NCBI GenBank assembly: GCA_028534125.1
Contig: CM052816.1
Span: 62,064,001-62,128,000, forward strand
Length of the DNA stretch: 64,000 nt
From: Lama glama
Lineage: Eukaryota
Direction: 5' to 3'
A model generated the notes under the pieces. That model worked only from the letters and a program-made list of their open reading frames with translations, was not told the origin of the DNA and did no database searches. The translations under genes and the position numbers were made by a program. Position 1 is the first letter of the stretch, and every line of letters starts with the position of its first letter. This document shows, piece after piece, positions 24,477 through 35,469 of the stretch.

Positions 24477-24814
24477 AAGTTTCTTTTGCAGAGTCAAAAG
24501 GTAATAGCTGAGGCTCAAGCACTGTGAACTTGTAACTTAATGATGCTACTTTTGACATCTATATTAATTTATTGCTTTGGGTTATTTTCTCCTAACACAT
24601 ATTGATGAGGACAGAGCTTAAAGAACTTAGGAGAATACATAGTTAAATCTCTTGGACAGTCTCAGCCTTACTGCAGATGGGAAAAATAGTAGTTGCCAAT
24701 TAAAGAAGAAAATTCTCTGAGGAAAGCCCAGGATAGAGAAATGATTGTTTTGTTGATTGAAAAGATATCCATCTGTTTGACATGCCAGCTGACCAGACAG
24801 TAATATTAACAAGC

Positions 24815-25055
24815 TATTCATTCAGAATAGTTATTCAGGGATGGCTGTGTGCCAGGCACTCTTTGGACAGTGATCCAATCCAGACAATAAATTCTGCCCT
24901 TACGGAGCTGGCATTCTAGTCAAGGGGGATATGAATAAAATGAGTCAATATTAGAAGTTGATAAGCTCCTTGGAAGAAAATAAATCAAGGAAGGGAGCTG
25001 GGGAGTGCTGGCCTCCTATTGTAAATAGGATGATCATGTGAGACCCCAGTGGAAG
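24815..25055 (-). mobile_element. L2 3' end
   Basis: attcattc...tgtgccaggcact...ctgcccttacggagctggcattctagt. Confidence 0.7.
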
Positions 25056-25060
25056 GCAAC

Positions 25061-25496
25061 TATAGAAGATGCTGTTGGTACTCTGCTCAGATCTCCTTTC
25101 CTGGGCCATCGCAACTTCCTCCACTTGGGTCTATGAGTCACAGAGAACTGCCATCGGCTGATGGGCCATTTTTCTCAAGAGGTCACTCTGCACAGTCCCC
25201 TTGCCAGGTGGCCCACATCAGTGACTGATGAATGCTAGGATAAGAAGCTGGATTCCTTGCCTCCGGGGGCACAATTAGGTGATGCAGTTTAAGCTCCAGA
25301 CCCACTCTCTCCCACCCGTGGCAGCCTAGATTTTACCTGAGACAACATTCTTGCTCAAAATCTTTCCTCTTTACTACCCTGCTTCCATCTCTCCCTTCTG
25401 GGATTTTCCAAAAGAGCATCCTTCAAAAGAAAAAAAAATCACACGCACACAAGTCCTTCTTTTAGAATCTGCTCCTATGAAGCCTACCCTAAGACA
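25061..25496 (+). mobile_element. 5' LTR (LTR16-like) of a decayed ERV-L provirus
   Basis: LTR16-like motifs ending ...ctaccctaagaca, immediately followed by a PBS. Confidence 0.75.
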
Positions 25497-26436
25497 CTGG
25501 GTACCAGAAGTGGTCCTAGGAAGCTGACTCTAAGGACGGTATTACTCTCCAGGCAGATGGCAGTGAGGTCCCTCGCCTTCATGGTGGGTGCAGTGGGCCC
25601 CAGGATGTTGCAGCAGTGCAATTGCTGAGACCTTCACCTCTCGTGAATTTGGACAGAATACAGGTAGGAGGGATTGCACGGGCTCACGAGGTATCCCTGG
25701 CCTGGGAGAAGCAGCAATTAGGGGGCTGAGGCAAAGGTGCAAGAAGTGTGGGGAGGATCAGGATTTTAGAGATCCTGTGAGTCCCCAATAAGAATTATAC
25801 TTCAATCTTCCCTACAACAAATTAACTGTCCTTCAGTGTCCCCAGCAGAGGTTTTCCTTGGGGCAGGTGAAGAGGGAATTCCTACAAGCCCAGGCTGAGT
25901 TTAGTCAGCCGTTAAGTGCCTATGCACTGTTACAAATTATGCCGTATTGTTATGGGCCTTTATCTAACAATCAGAACATAGACGATAGAACTGTCTGTTA
26001 CTCGTTGTCTAACGTTACTACTTAGCAGCTGTGTACCTGGGGTTCAGCCCAACTCCATGTCCTCCCATGACCTTTGAGAATCGGCCTTCTCTGTCTCTAG
26101 CAGACCTCCCAGGTCTATAGCTCCGTATGTTCTCATTTTATAATGTTCACTTTAATCATTAAGTGGCTGCATACCTGGGGATTAGCATAAAGCCATGTCC
26201 TCAGATGGTTTTTTGAAACCAGACTTCTCTGTTCCTATCAGGCCTCACCATTTCTCACAACAGCGTAGTCCAATCCTTTAGAGACCATCACATTGGTCCA
26301 TCACTAAGCTGATGACATCATGTTCCTTGGACTTGGGGAGCATGAAGTGGTAATTACTCTGGTAAGACACGTGAACTCCAGAGGATGGGAGATGAACTTT
26401 ACAAAGATTAAAAGATCTGCACATCAGTGACTTTTT

Positions 26437-26524
26437 TTTTTTAAATGGAGGTACTGGAGATTGAACCCAGGACCTTGTACGTGCTAAGCATGCACTCTAC
26501 ACTGAGCTTTTTCCCTCCCCCCCT
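26437..26524 (-). mobile_element. tRNA-Ala-derived SINE, copy 4 (short form, no tail domain)
   Basis: tRNA head followed directly by poly(A). 17-bp TSD with one mismatch, cac(a/c)tcagtgacttttt, at 26420-26436 and 26525-26541. Confidence 0.92.
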
Positions 26525-27020
26525 CACCTCAGTGACTTTTTAGGAGTCCGGTGGTCTGGGGTTGCTGGGCTATCCCATCCAAAGTGAAAGAAAGGTATTG
26601 TCCCTTGCATCTCTTACCACTGAGAAAGAAATGTGAGGCCTGGTTGGTCCTTTCAGGCTTTGGAGGCGGTGTATTTCACACTTGGTAGTAGACCTCTGAC
26701 CCAACTATTGGGTGATGCTGAGAATTCTAGTTTTAAATCAGCCCCAGAGCAAGAAGGGGAAGTGGCTCTGCAGCAGGGTTAGGCTTCAGCATAAGCAACC
26801 CGGTCCCTGAGGCCATACCATCCGGCAGAGTGCTGCTACAGGTATCTGGGTACAGAAGGATGGTGTGAAGACGCTGACAAACTCCAGTAAGAGAGTCTCG
26901 GCACAGATGCTTAGGGTTCTAGAGCAAGGTCATGCTGTCTGCAGCAGAGAAAGATACACTGTTCAAAAAGCAGCTCCTGGAAGAGATGGAGGCTGTGAAT
27001 GGGTCCAACAGCATGTGTTT

Positions 27021-27490
27021 TGTGGGAGACAGAATAACGCCCCCCTCCAAAGATGTTCACATCTGAATCCCTAGAACCTAGAAATATGTTAGTTTACTTG
27101 GCAAAAGGGAATTTGCAGATCTTATCATGTTAAGACTCTGGAGGTGGGAAAATGATCTATCCTAGGTTGTCTCAGTGAGTCTAAGGTAACAACAAGGTTC
27201 CCTATAAGAGGGAACCAGAAGAACAGGAGTTGAGGGAGGATGTGTGATGATGTAAGAAGGAGTCAGTCACAGCCATAGTCAGAGAGAATTGCCGGCTTGA
27301 ACATGGACAAAGGGGCCTCTAGAATCTGGAAAAGGAAAGGAAATAGATTCTCCCCTCAAGTCTCCAGAAGGAATGGTTTTAGACCATTGAAACTGATTTC
27401 GGACCTCCAGCATTGTAAGTGATTAATTTCTGTTTTAAGCCACTCAGTTTGTGGTAATTTGTTACAGCAGTGGAGTAAGAAGCTAAGACA
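27021..27490 (+). mobile_element. MaLR solo LTR (MLT1C/D-like) inserted in ERV-L pol
   Basis: Starts tgtgggagacagaataacgcccc...agatgttcacatctgaatccctagaacc and ends gttttaagccactcagtttgtggtaatttgttacagcag...ctaagaca. Confidence 0.85.
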
Positions 27491-28636
27491 GGCTTTTCTC
27501 ACCAAGACTATTTACAGCCACTGCTGAGTGTCCAGCCTGTTTCCAACAGAGACTGACACTGCGCCCTTGAAAAAATACCGTTTCTTGGGGGTGAACAACC
27601 TGCCACTCAGTGACAAGTTGATGACACCAACCTAACTGGGACTGGCGTGGTTTCTGGATATGGGTTTGCCATGACCATCTGCAGGCCTTTAGCCAGCACC
27701 ATTATCTGTGGACTCAGTGTCTCACCTACCCATATAACATTGCCTCAGACCAAAGGCCCCACTTCATAGCAAAGGAGGTGCATCCATATGACTAGGATGC
27801 ACTGTTCGCACACCTACTCCACCAAACAGAAGCCATCATCCCAACAGAGTGGCAGCATGGCCCCTTAAAGGAGAGGATACCTTGCAACACTCAGTGCGCT
27901 ATACACAGGACACACTATATTTCTTAACTTAGTGGTCACTGTTTGGCTCTGAGTCACCAGTACATAGAATATATGGGTCCAAAAAACAAGGGGTGAATGT
28001 AGGAGTGGCTACAATGATCTACTGAGAATTTGTGCTTCCTATTAAGGGGTATAGAATCTGTGTGTCTAGAGGGCCTGGGTCACAGAGCAGAGAAAACAAG
28101 AGCCCCACTGAACTTTAAGCTACCTCAGCTACCTGGTCGCTTAGGTCCCTCCTGCCAGAAAACTAGTAGGTGAAGGAGAGAGTTACCCCACTGACAGGTT
28201 ACTGGCCCTGATCACCTTGAGGAAGGAGGGCTGCTGCAGCATATGAAGTCTCAGAGGAAGATTTTTGGCACTCAGGTGACTGAGTCACCTCTTGGTGTGC
28301 TCATGGGTTTTTCAGGTTTAACTGTAAGTGGGCAAGTACAGCAACCATCCAGTGGTCTGGTAACCGGGTCTCAGACCATTAGGAGGGAGGATCTGGGTCA
28401 TCATACCAGGAAACTCAGAAGTGCCAGACTAGGATGAAGGGAATTTGGGATGGGTGGTAGAAGAGAGAAGTGATGAGTATCAGCCATCTATGGTCTTGGG
28501 ACCAACTGCTGTGCTCTGTCCACTATCCTTCTTCTTGTGTTTGTGAATTGCGGTAACAAATCACAAAGAATACAGAAGCAGCTCTACCTGGATCAACGTG
28601 AGTAGCCAGTGGATCTGAGCTGTGCTAGGGGTGAAC

Positions 28637-28740
28637 TGTAGTAGCTACTGTGGTCCCTGCCTATGTTTGTTTTACTCAACCACAGTATCCATTTTGGCTA
28701 CTGTGAAGTTGGCTACCAAAGGTGGTTTGCACTTTTACAC
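28637..28740 (+). mobile_element. Truncated 3' LTR of the ERV-L provirus
   Basis: tgtagtagctactgtggt... directly after the PPT, similar to the start of the 5' LTR; cut off by an L1 fragment. Confidence 0.55.
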
Positions 28741-28821
28741 CTAGGTCTGTCCACTCAGCACTATAACGGTTTTATTCCTTTGTCTAGTTGTAGATAGCTA
28801 TAATAGAGTTCATTTCTTTTT

Positions 28822-29415
28822 TTTTCTATTATTAAAATATAGTCAGTTTACAATGCTTTGTCAATTTCTGGTGCATAGCATAATGTTTCAGTCATGTAAA
28901 TACATACATATATTCTTTTTCATATTCTTTTTCATTATAGGTTACTACAAGATATTGAATATAGTTCCCTGTGCTGTAAAGTAGAAACTTGTTGTTTATC
29001 TATTTTATATATAGTAGTTACTATCTGCAAATCTCGAATTCCCAATTTATCCCTTCCCACCCCATTCCCTCACTGGTAACCATAAGTTTGTTTTCTATGT
29101 CTGTGAGTCTGTTTCTGTTTTGTAGATAAGTTCATTTGTGTCTTTTTTTTAGATTCCACATGTAAGTGATATCATATGGTATTTGTCTCTTTCTGGCTTA
29201 CTTCACTTAGAATGACAATAGCCAGGTCCATCCATGCACCACAATATTCATAGCAGCAGTATTTACACTAGCCAAGACACGGAAGCAACCTAGATGCCCA
29301 CTGACAGGTGAATGGATAAAGAAGATGTAGTATATACTTAGAATGGAATACTACTCAGCCACAAAAAAGAATAAAATAATGCCATTTGCTGCAACATGGA
29401 TGGACCTGGAGATTG
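28822..29415 (-). mobile_element. Young L1 with 5' inversion (twin priming)
   Basis: Minus-strand 3' end at 28822-29236 joined to a plus-strand ORF2-end segment at about 29233-29420. TSD tcatttcttttt at 28810-28821 and 29416-29427. Confidence 0.9.
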
Positions 29416-29427
29416 TCATTTCTTTTT

Positions 29428-29910
29428 ATTGCTGTATAGTACTTAGCTGTGTCTGTATAATACAATTTACTTTGCCATTCTTTTGTTGATGGGTTCTTTG
29501 TTGAATTGTTTATGGGTTAAGGCTATTACAGATAATGCCCTTATGGATATTCTTTTACCCATGTTTGAATCTGCACACAGGTGTTTCTGTTGAGTCTCTA
29601 CCTAAGAGTGAAAATGTTGGGTTATAGGGTACACGTATGTTCTACGATAGCAGATAATGTTGAACAGTTTTCCAATGTGGCTTGTGTCCTGTTAGGAACT
29701 GTTCCACAACTCTTGTCTATGAAGATATTCTCCTATGTTATCTTATGGAAGCCTTATTGTTTTACCTTTCACTTTAAGGTCAGTAATCAATTTGAAATGA
29801 GGCAAGGGTGAGGTTTAATTTTTTTCCAAATGGAAATCTATTGACCATTTGATTTAAAAGTACTATTTATTTCAAAGATTTCCCCTTTTCTGATATTCTG
29901 CAACACATTA
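29428..29910 (-). mobile_element. Old L1ME-like fragment (host of the inverted L1)
   Basis: attgctgtatagtac...ccattcttttgttgatggg...ctacctaagagtgaaa...gggttatagggt. Confidence 0.65.
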
Positions 29911-30149
29911 TCTTGCAATGTTTGATGAGTTTGATTTTTCTCATAAAAGAGCTTTGATTCTAAGCAAGTAATTGGACAGTCATTTGGTTGAACCTTTTGT
30001 GATACTGATGAATTATTTCTGTTTTGCCCGGAGGAAACTGAGGCTTACAGAAGTTAATTCATTTAGTGAATGAGTTCTTCTATACACAGATTCACGTTAT
30101 TAAATGCCTTACATGAGATAGAAGTTATTAATTACTTAATCGGTTAAGC

Positions 30150-30440
30150 AGATAACAGGATGAGATAGGTCATCTCTGCTAGGGCGCTTCTGTCATCTTC
30201 ATGTGGTATCAATTTCTGGGTCCAAGACAGTTGTTTCAGCCCAGTGATGAGGGGAGGGAGAACAGGGAAATGCAGGTCCCTTATTTTAGGGCTGTTACCT
30301 GGAAATTGCACAATTCCACTCATATCCTATTGGCCAAAATTCAGTTCTATTGCCACACCCACAAGCAAGGGGGCCTAGGAAATGGAGTATTTACTTTTGG
30401 TGACCAGTGTCTCCCTGAAATTTGGGATCTGTGTGGCTAA
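30150..30440 (-). mobile_element. MaLR LTR (MLT1J-like), old
   Basis: ttccactcatatcctattggccaaaattcagt...gccacaccc...gcaagggggcctaggaaatggagt. Confidence 0.6.
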
Positions 30441-31044
30441 GGCAAGAAAGGAGAGAACGGATGCTGGAACTGGGCGCCGTAGTTGTGTGCTTTGTTGCAG
30501 CACTTGTGAGAGTCAGACAGCAGTGTGTAACGCCAGGCTCTACTGCACAATCCTGACAACTAGCTGGACTGAAGAGTTTGCCTTTTTTTTAACACTTCAT
30601 GGGATACATTCCTGTCAGAATTTAATTCCTAGATGTTTCTCCAGACATGTGTATCATATGTTAATAGAAAATAAAATTATCCAACTCCGTGTATTTTTTT
30701 TTTGTCCTATCAGGAAAACCGAGCAAAATTTAGACACATTGCTGTGGTTAGTGAAGGAGTTTCCAAAGCCTGTTCTGATACTTCCTCCACTGACTTCACT
30801 TTCACTTAGTTCTTTCTTCCCTCCCTCCTCCCTTTGTCCCGTCTTTCCGTCTTTTCTTCCTCTTTTTCCTCCCCACCCTCCTTTGCCTGTCTGTCTCTCT
30901 CTTCTATCTTCAAAAGTTATGATGCCCTGGTGTTTTCTCTCCATATCACCACTGCCCCCATTGTGACAGGTAATATGTCAGTGGGGTGGGGCGGAGGGGG
31001 TAGGTAGGGTCTGGGTGAGTGGTGAGTCACAATGTCTCTTTCAC

Positions 31045-32130
31045 TTTTTCATTTTTTTTATAACTTTTATTATTAGTTTTTATTACACAAGTAATACATA
31101 TTCATTGTAGAAAAATTAGAAAACACAGAAAAGCAAAAAGAAAAAATAATCACCCATAATCCCACTACCCATAAATAACTACTATTAACATTTTCGTGTG
31201 TGTCCTTCTAGCTTTCTTATGCATATATATATACATACATAGATATATTTATATATATTTTTCTCTTTTTTTTACAAATATTGTGTCATTACTATACATA
31301 CTGTTTTATAACATGTGTTTTTCACTTTAATATATAATGTGAACATTGTTATTTATTCCCTGAAAAAATTATACAGACACTACATGCTCATTGTGGAAAA
31401 ATCAGAAATTACAGATATGCAAAAAGAAAATAATTGCTCCAAATCTCACCTCCCAGAGATAAATGCTGTTGACATTTTAGCAGATACCTTTTCAGATTCT
31501 TTAATGCACACACATATATGCATATTTTAAAAATGGGATGATACTGTAGATATTCTTCAATAACTTTTTTTCATTTAACAATATAGTTCATTTCAATAAA
31601 TATATATATATGGTGCTTGTTCTTAACTGGTGCACAGTATTCCATTGAAAGGATATACTGTATTTAACCAACCCTATACTGTGGGCTTATTTACCTTTTT
31701 TCCCATTCTTCCAAATAAGCATCCTTTTTTGCATTTTTTTGAATAATGAATGAATATATCTTAGCTCATTTTCTCCCCTGATCTTTTTAAGGAGAACTTC
31801 TCTACAGTGGAATTACTTGGTGTAGGTGAAAACTATATTGCCAAAATATTTTCCAAAAAAGTGGACTCACTTTACATACTTGTTGGCTCTGTAAGAGGTT
31901 GTTCATTTCCATACTTCCTTGTTGTCTCTGGAAACATTAATTCTTTATACGGTTCCCTTTCTGATACATGAAAAAGTATATTGTAATAATTTATATTTTT
32001 GCTTACTCATATAATAATACTATGATAAATGAAGTAAATAATTTCATATTTAGTATCAGTGCATTGTTTTGATTTATGGTACACTGTCAGTTTGTGTGCT
32101 TGGCTAATTTTCTACTGGAAAGTTTGATTC
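31045..32130 (-). mobile_element. Old L1ME-type 3' ends (two similar units)
   Basis: The motif tacat..tcattgt.gaaaaat.agaaa...gcaaaaagaaaa occurs at about 31095 and again at about 31381. Confidence 0.6.
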
Positions 32131-32147
32131 TTTCTGAGTCATAAAAT

Positions 32148-32415
32148 GTCATTTATTCATGCATTCATTATTCACTCATTCAGTAAGTGTATTTTCAGTA
32201 TTTGCTTTGTGTTTAGCACTGTACTGAGGATATAACAGTAAGCAAAAGTGATATAGTTGCTGCTTTATGGAACTTCCAATTCAGTGTAGATAAACAATTA
32301 AACAAGCAATAATGCAAAAGGTATAATAAGGAAAAGGACAAATGAAATGGGAACACTTGGATGGGAAGGGGGCTGTAGATCATGGAAACTTCCCAAAGGT
32401 AGTGGAGTTTAAGCT
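32148..32415 (-). mobile_element. L2 3' end
   Basis: tcatttattcatgcattcatt...ttagcactgtactgaggata...tgctttatggaactt. Confidence 0.65.
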
Positions 32416-33959
32416 CTTGATCTGTATTAGAGATCTACGTTCTTTGTTGCATATGTTTCAAATTTTGCTTTCTCTTAATCTGGTTTATTTTTTACTGTAT
32501 AGGAGTTTGCATTTTTAACTGGTCACATCCATCCATCTTTTCCTTTAGGGTTTCTTTCTCTTCTGTCTTAAAAAGGCTTTACTTTCCTACACTAAAATTA
32601 CATAAGCGTTCACCAATATTGCTGGCTGGTCCTTTAACATAAATATTCATCAGTATTACTGGTTTATTTATGTGCTTTAACATTTAAATATTTACTTCAC
32701 CTACAATTTATTTTGATGACAGTTATGAGGTATAGATCTAATACTTCCTCCAACAGAAGGCTATTTATCCCAATATAACAATTAATAATCCAACCTTTTC
32801 TCACAGATTTGAAATGTCATCTTAATTATGTTCTCAATTCTTCTATGTTCCTGGGTTTATTTCTCATCTTCATATTTAATTTTAGTTGTTTATTCTGGAC
32901 CAATAGCATCTCTGCCTTTTCTCATCCTTTCTATAATCACCTGAAAGTTGAATATTTTGTATTTTGTGATGTTCTAGAACACAAAGAGATGGTAGACATT
33001 GCTAAGATAAGCGTGAAGTGGGTGGGAAGTTAGTTTGGGTGATACCCTTAATCCCCTCAGTTCTGAGACTTCCAGAGTCTGCAGTTCCATATGGGATCAT
33101 TGTTAATCTGGCTCATTTGTTTGCTGTCTAAAATCAATTAGAAGCTCTTATGCTGTGTCCTGGTTTTCCCCTTTTGCTCCAAAGCTTATTAGCTTTCAGT
33201 AGGTGGCAGTATTGCCAAACAGTAAGTATCCAAACTGTTACAGGAGCACCGAAAAACAAAATGATCTGGCAGGATTTTAGAATCTCCCCAAGAGCTTTCA
33301 CGAGAGGAGGCATCAGAGCTGTGCTACGGCTAAAGTTTTCTTTGTACTCTTGAACAATGGTACAATCAGAAGTGTGCAGTGAATCCATTCCAAGGTGTAT
33401 GCAAAACATTAGTGGACAGATCTTTTAAAGTGGCACCTTGGCCTTGTGGGCATTTCTTCGCATACCTTATTCAAAAGTGCCTTTGGGCCCAGACACTGAC
33501 TGATTTAAAGCCTGGAAATGGGGCCTGAAACAACATAATTGTGGTGGGATTCAGGTTTTGATTTTTTTTTCTCCTTTATACTTGGTGGTGTTTTTTAGAT
33601 TTCCCACCAAGAACATGTATTGTCTCTGTCAACTGAAAAAAAGAATAAAGAGCAACACAGGATATTAAAAATATAGTGGTAACATGGGTGATTGTGTGCC
33701 AGAAAAACTTTCCATCCTTTTTTGTTCCAAGCATGTAAGTACATGCAACAAAATGAATTCAGTGGTCTCTCCTTATCCCTAGAGATCAGCTCAGTGTTAT
33801 TGCTAATCTGACCAATGACCAGCAGGAAGCTGAGACGGTAGAACTATATCTCATGGAACTACACCTGAGAAAGTCCTTTGGTAGGTGAGAGGAGAGTGGA
33901 GTCAGCTCCTAACAAGATGCACTGGTCTATCTAATGGGAAATGGTGGGTTACCTATTGC

Positions 33960-34380
33960 AACTCTGAGCCAGTTTAGGTTTTTAGGACTTTGAGCACTAA
34001 CTTTAATTTTAGGACCTGCTATAGTGAAAGAAGATCTATAAATCTTGGAGTGTGTCCACGGGAAATACAAAATTGATCAAAGGCTGGGAAACAGGCACTA
34101 TGAATAAAAGAGAAGGTGGCTGAATTTCTTTACCTTAGGTATGGAAAGCCTAGCTAGGGAATTAGACAAATCCTCATCCCCATGAGTAGCTCCTTGAGCC
34201 CTCCCCAGACATGGAGGTGAGACCTGAATTTATTAACAGTCTTCAGTTGTACAAAGGACAATTGCACGGAAGGTGTTACTTTCACACTGAGACTAAGGCG
34301 AGAGTGAGCACAAATTAACCAGGCAGAAGTGATTTAGGTTAGGCATTTACAAGAATGTGCTGAACACCAAGGCCAGGCTT
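33960..34380 (+). mobile_element. L3/CR1 LINE fragment (ancient)
   Basis: ttggagtgtgtcca...aaaattgatcaaaggctgggaaac...ctatgaataaaag and gatttaggttaggcat, typical of the CR1/L3 3' region. Confidence 0.6.
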
Positions 34381-34838
34381 ATATCCGTTAATAACTTGGA
34401 TGGATTAGTAGGAACTACTTGAAGCCAAGGATTCCATATAGTGGGAGGGTGGGACAGGGCAGAGATGGAGCTCAGAGCACGCCAAAGTGGGCTACTTCGT
34501 AATTTCTAAAATAATGGACCTGAAGTGAATTAAACTTCAGGGGATGAAAATGAACCCCACGCATTTAGGAAAGGATATTAAGCTTTAATCAAACCTGATT
34601 TAAGAAAATCGGTTTGCAGAGCAGGTAAATCTAGGAGTGGTTACCTGCTTTGCAAAGGAGCAGTCACCCTAGGAGTCTTTAAAGCATATTCCTTCAACTG
34701 TTTTGTAAGTATTTGATTTAGAAAACTGTGATTTTTCTTATATAACTTCCGGGGTCATGTCTTCATATAAAGCCAGTCACACCTGTAACCGTGCCTCGAT
34801 TGCCAATTCATTGGAACACACCTCTGGGCTCCAAGAAT

Positions 34839-35248
34839 TGTGAAGGAAAAGCCCAGCTGGGCTAACAAGCTACGTCACAAATCTAAGTGTGATAAGTGTC
34901 GGTTTACTGATCTAAGTTCTGCCGGGCAAACTTGTAAATCTGAAGCTTAGTGTCAGTTTACTGGGCTAACAAGCTAACTCGTAAATCCAAGCTCAACAAG
35001 TGTCAGTAACGTGATCTGTTCTGAATTGATAAGCTTCAGTGTACTGATTCCTTGCTTTTTGTTGTTTGAGCCTTATTGGCTAATAGCCCCATACTTGTAA
35101 TTAACCCTATAAAACCTCATGCGCACGTCTTGGAGGTGCTCAGAGCTTCGGAGCAGAAGCCCCTCTGAGCCCGCCGGCGTAATACATCTGAGTACTCCAA
35201 CCCTCCGAGTGGTGCTTGTTTCTTGGCTGGCCTGTTGTTTCCGTAACA
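34839..35248 (+). mobile_element. Well-preserved gammaretrovirus-like (ERV1) solo LTR, 410 bp
   Basis: TG...CA termini (tgtgaagg / ccgtaaca) and perfect 4-bp TSD gaat at 34835-34838 and 35249-35252. U3 direct repeats, ATTGG at 35075-35079, TATAAAA at 35108-35114, AATACA at 35181-35186, many retained CpGs. Confidence 0.88.
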
Positions 35249-35386
35249 GAATAAGGCCAAGAGCCAGCTGGTGTGCTCTAACTAGAGAGCTGCATAACCT
35301 TCTGAGATCTCTTCTAACTCTAACTCTTTCATTTTCAATGAAAAAAACTAGAAGACAAGTCCAAGGATAATTTCCACAACTTCTGG

Positions 35387-35469
35387 TATTAGGTTTAACT
35401 ATATGAAATTGCCATTTTTTTAGGTCAAAACAGTCAAATATCAGCAATTTGATATAATTCAACCTAATA
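35387..35469. mobile_element. MADE2-like mariner MITE
   Basis: About 80-bp near-palindrome tattaggtttaactatatgaaattgc...gcaatttgatataattcaacctaata with TA at both ends. Confidence 0.88.

Larger units (their letters stand above)
25497..28636 (+). mobile_element. ERV-L internal region (ERV3-16A3-like), internally deleted, with RT/integrase/dUTPase relics
   Basis: PBS ggtaccagaagtgg (complementary to the tRNA-Leu 3' end). RT relic LVH..DDIM at about 26293-26322; integrase relics TAECPACFQQR (about 27520) and NIASDQRPHFIAKEV (27736-27780); dUTPase-like PLNFKL and PDHLEE (about 28105-28225); PPT-like aggggtgaac at 28627-28636. Confidence 0.88.

Noticed and set aside
30382..30966. Longest ORF in the track (194 aa)
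   Set aside because: It starts in an MLT1 fragment and runs through a low-complexity pyrimidine tract. No recognisable domain or splice context.
34784..34838. Alternative LTR start at tgtaacc (34784)
   Set aside because: It gives no TSD (cacc versus gaat), whereas a start at 34839 gives a perfect gaat TSD.
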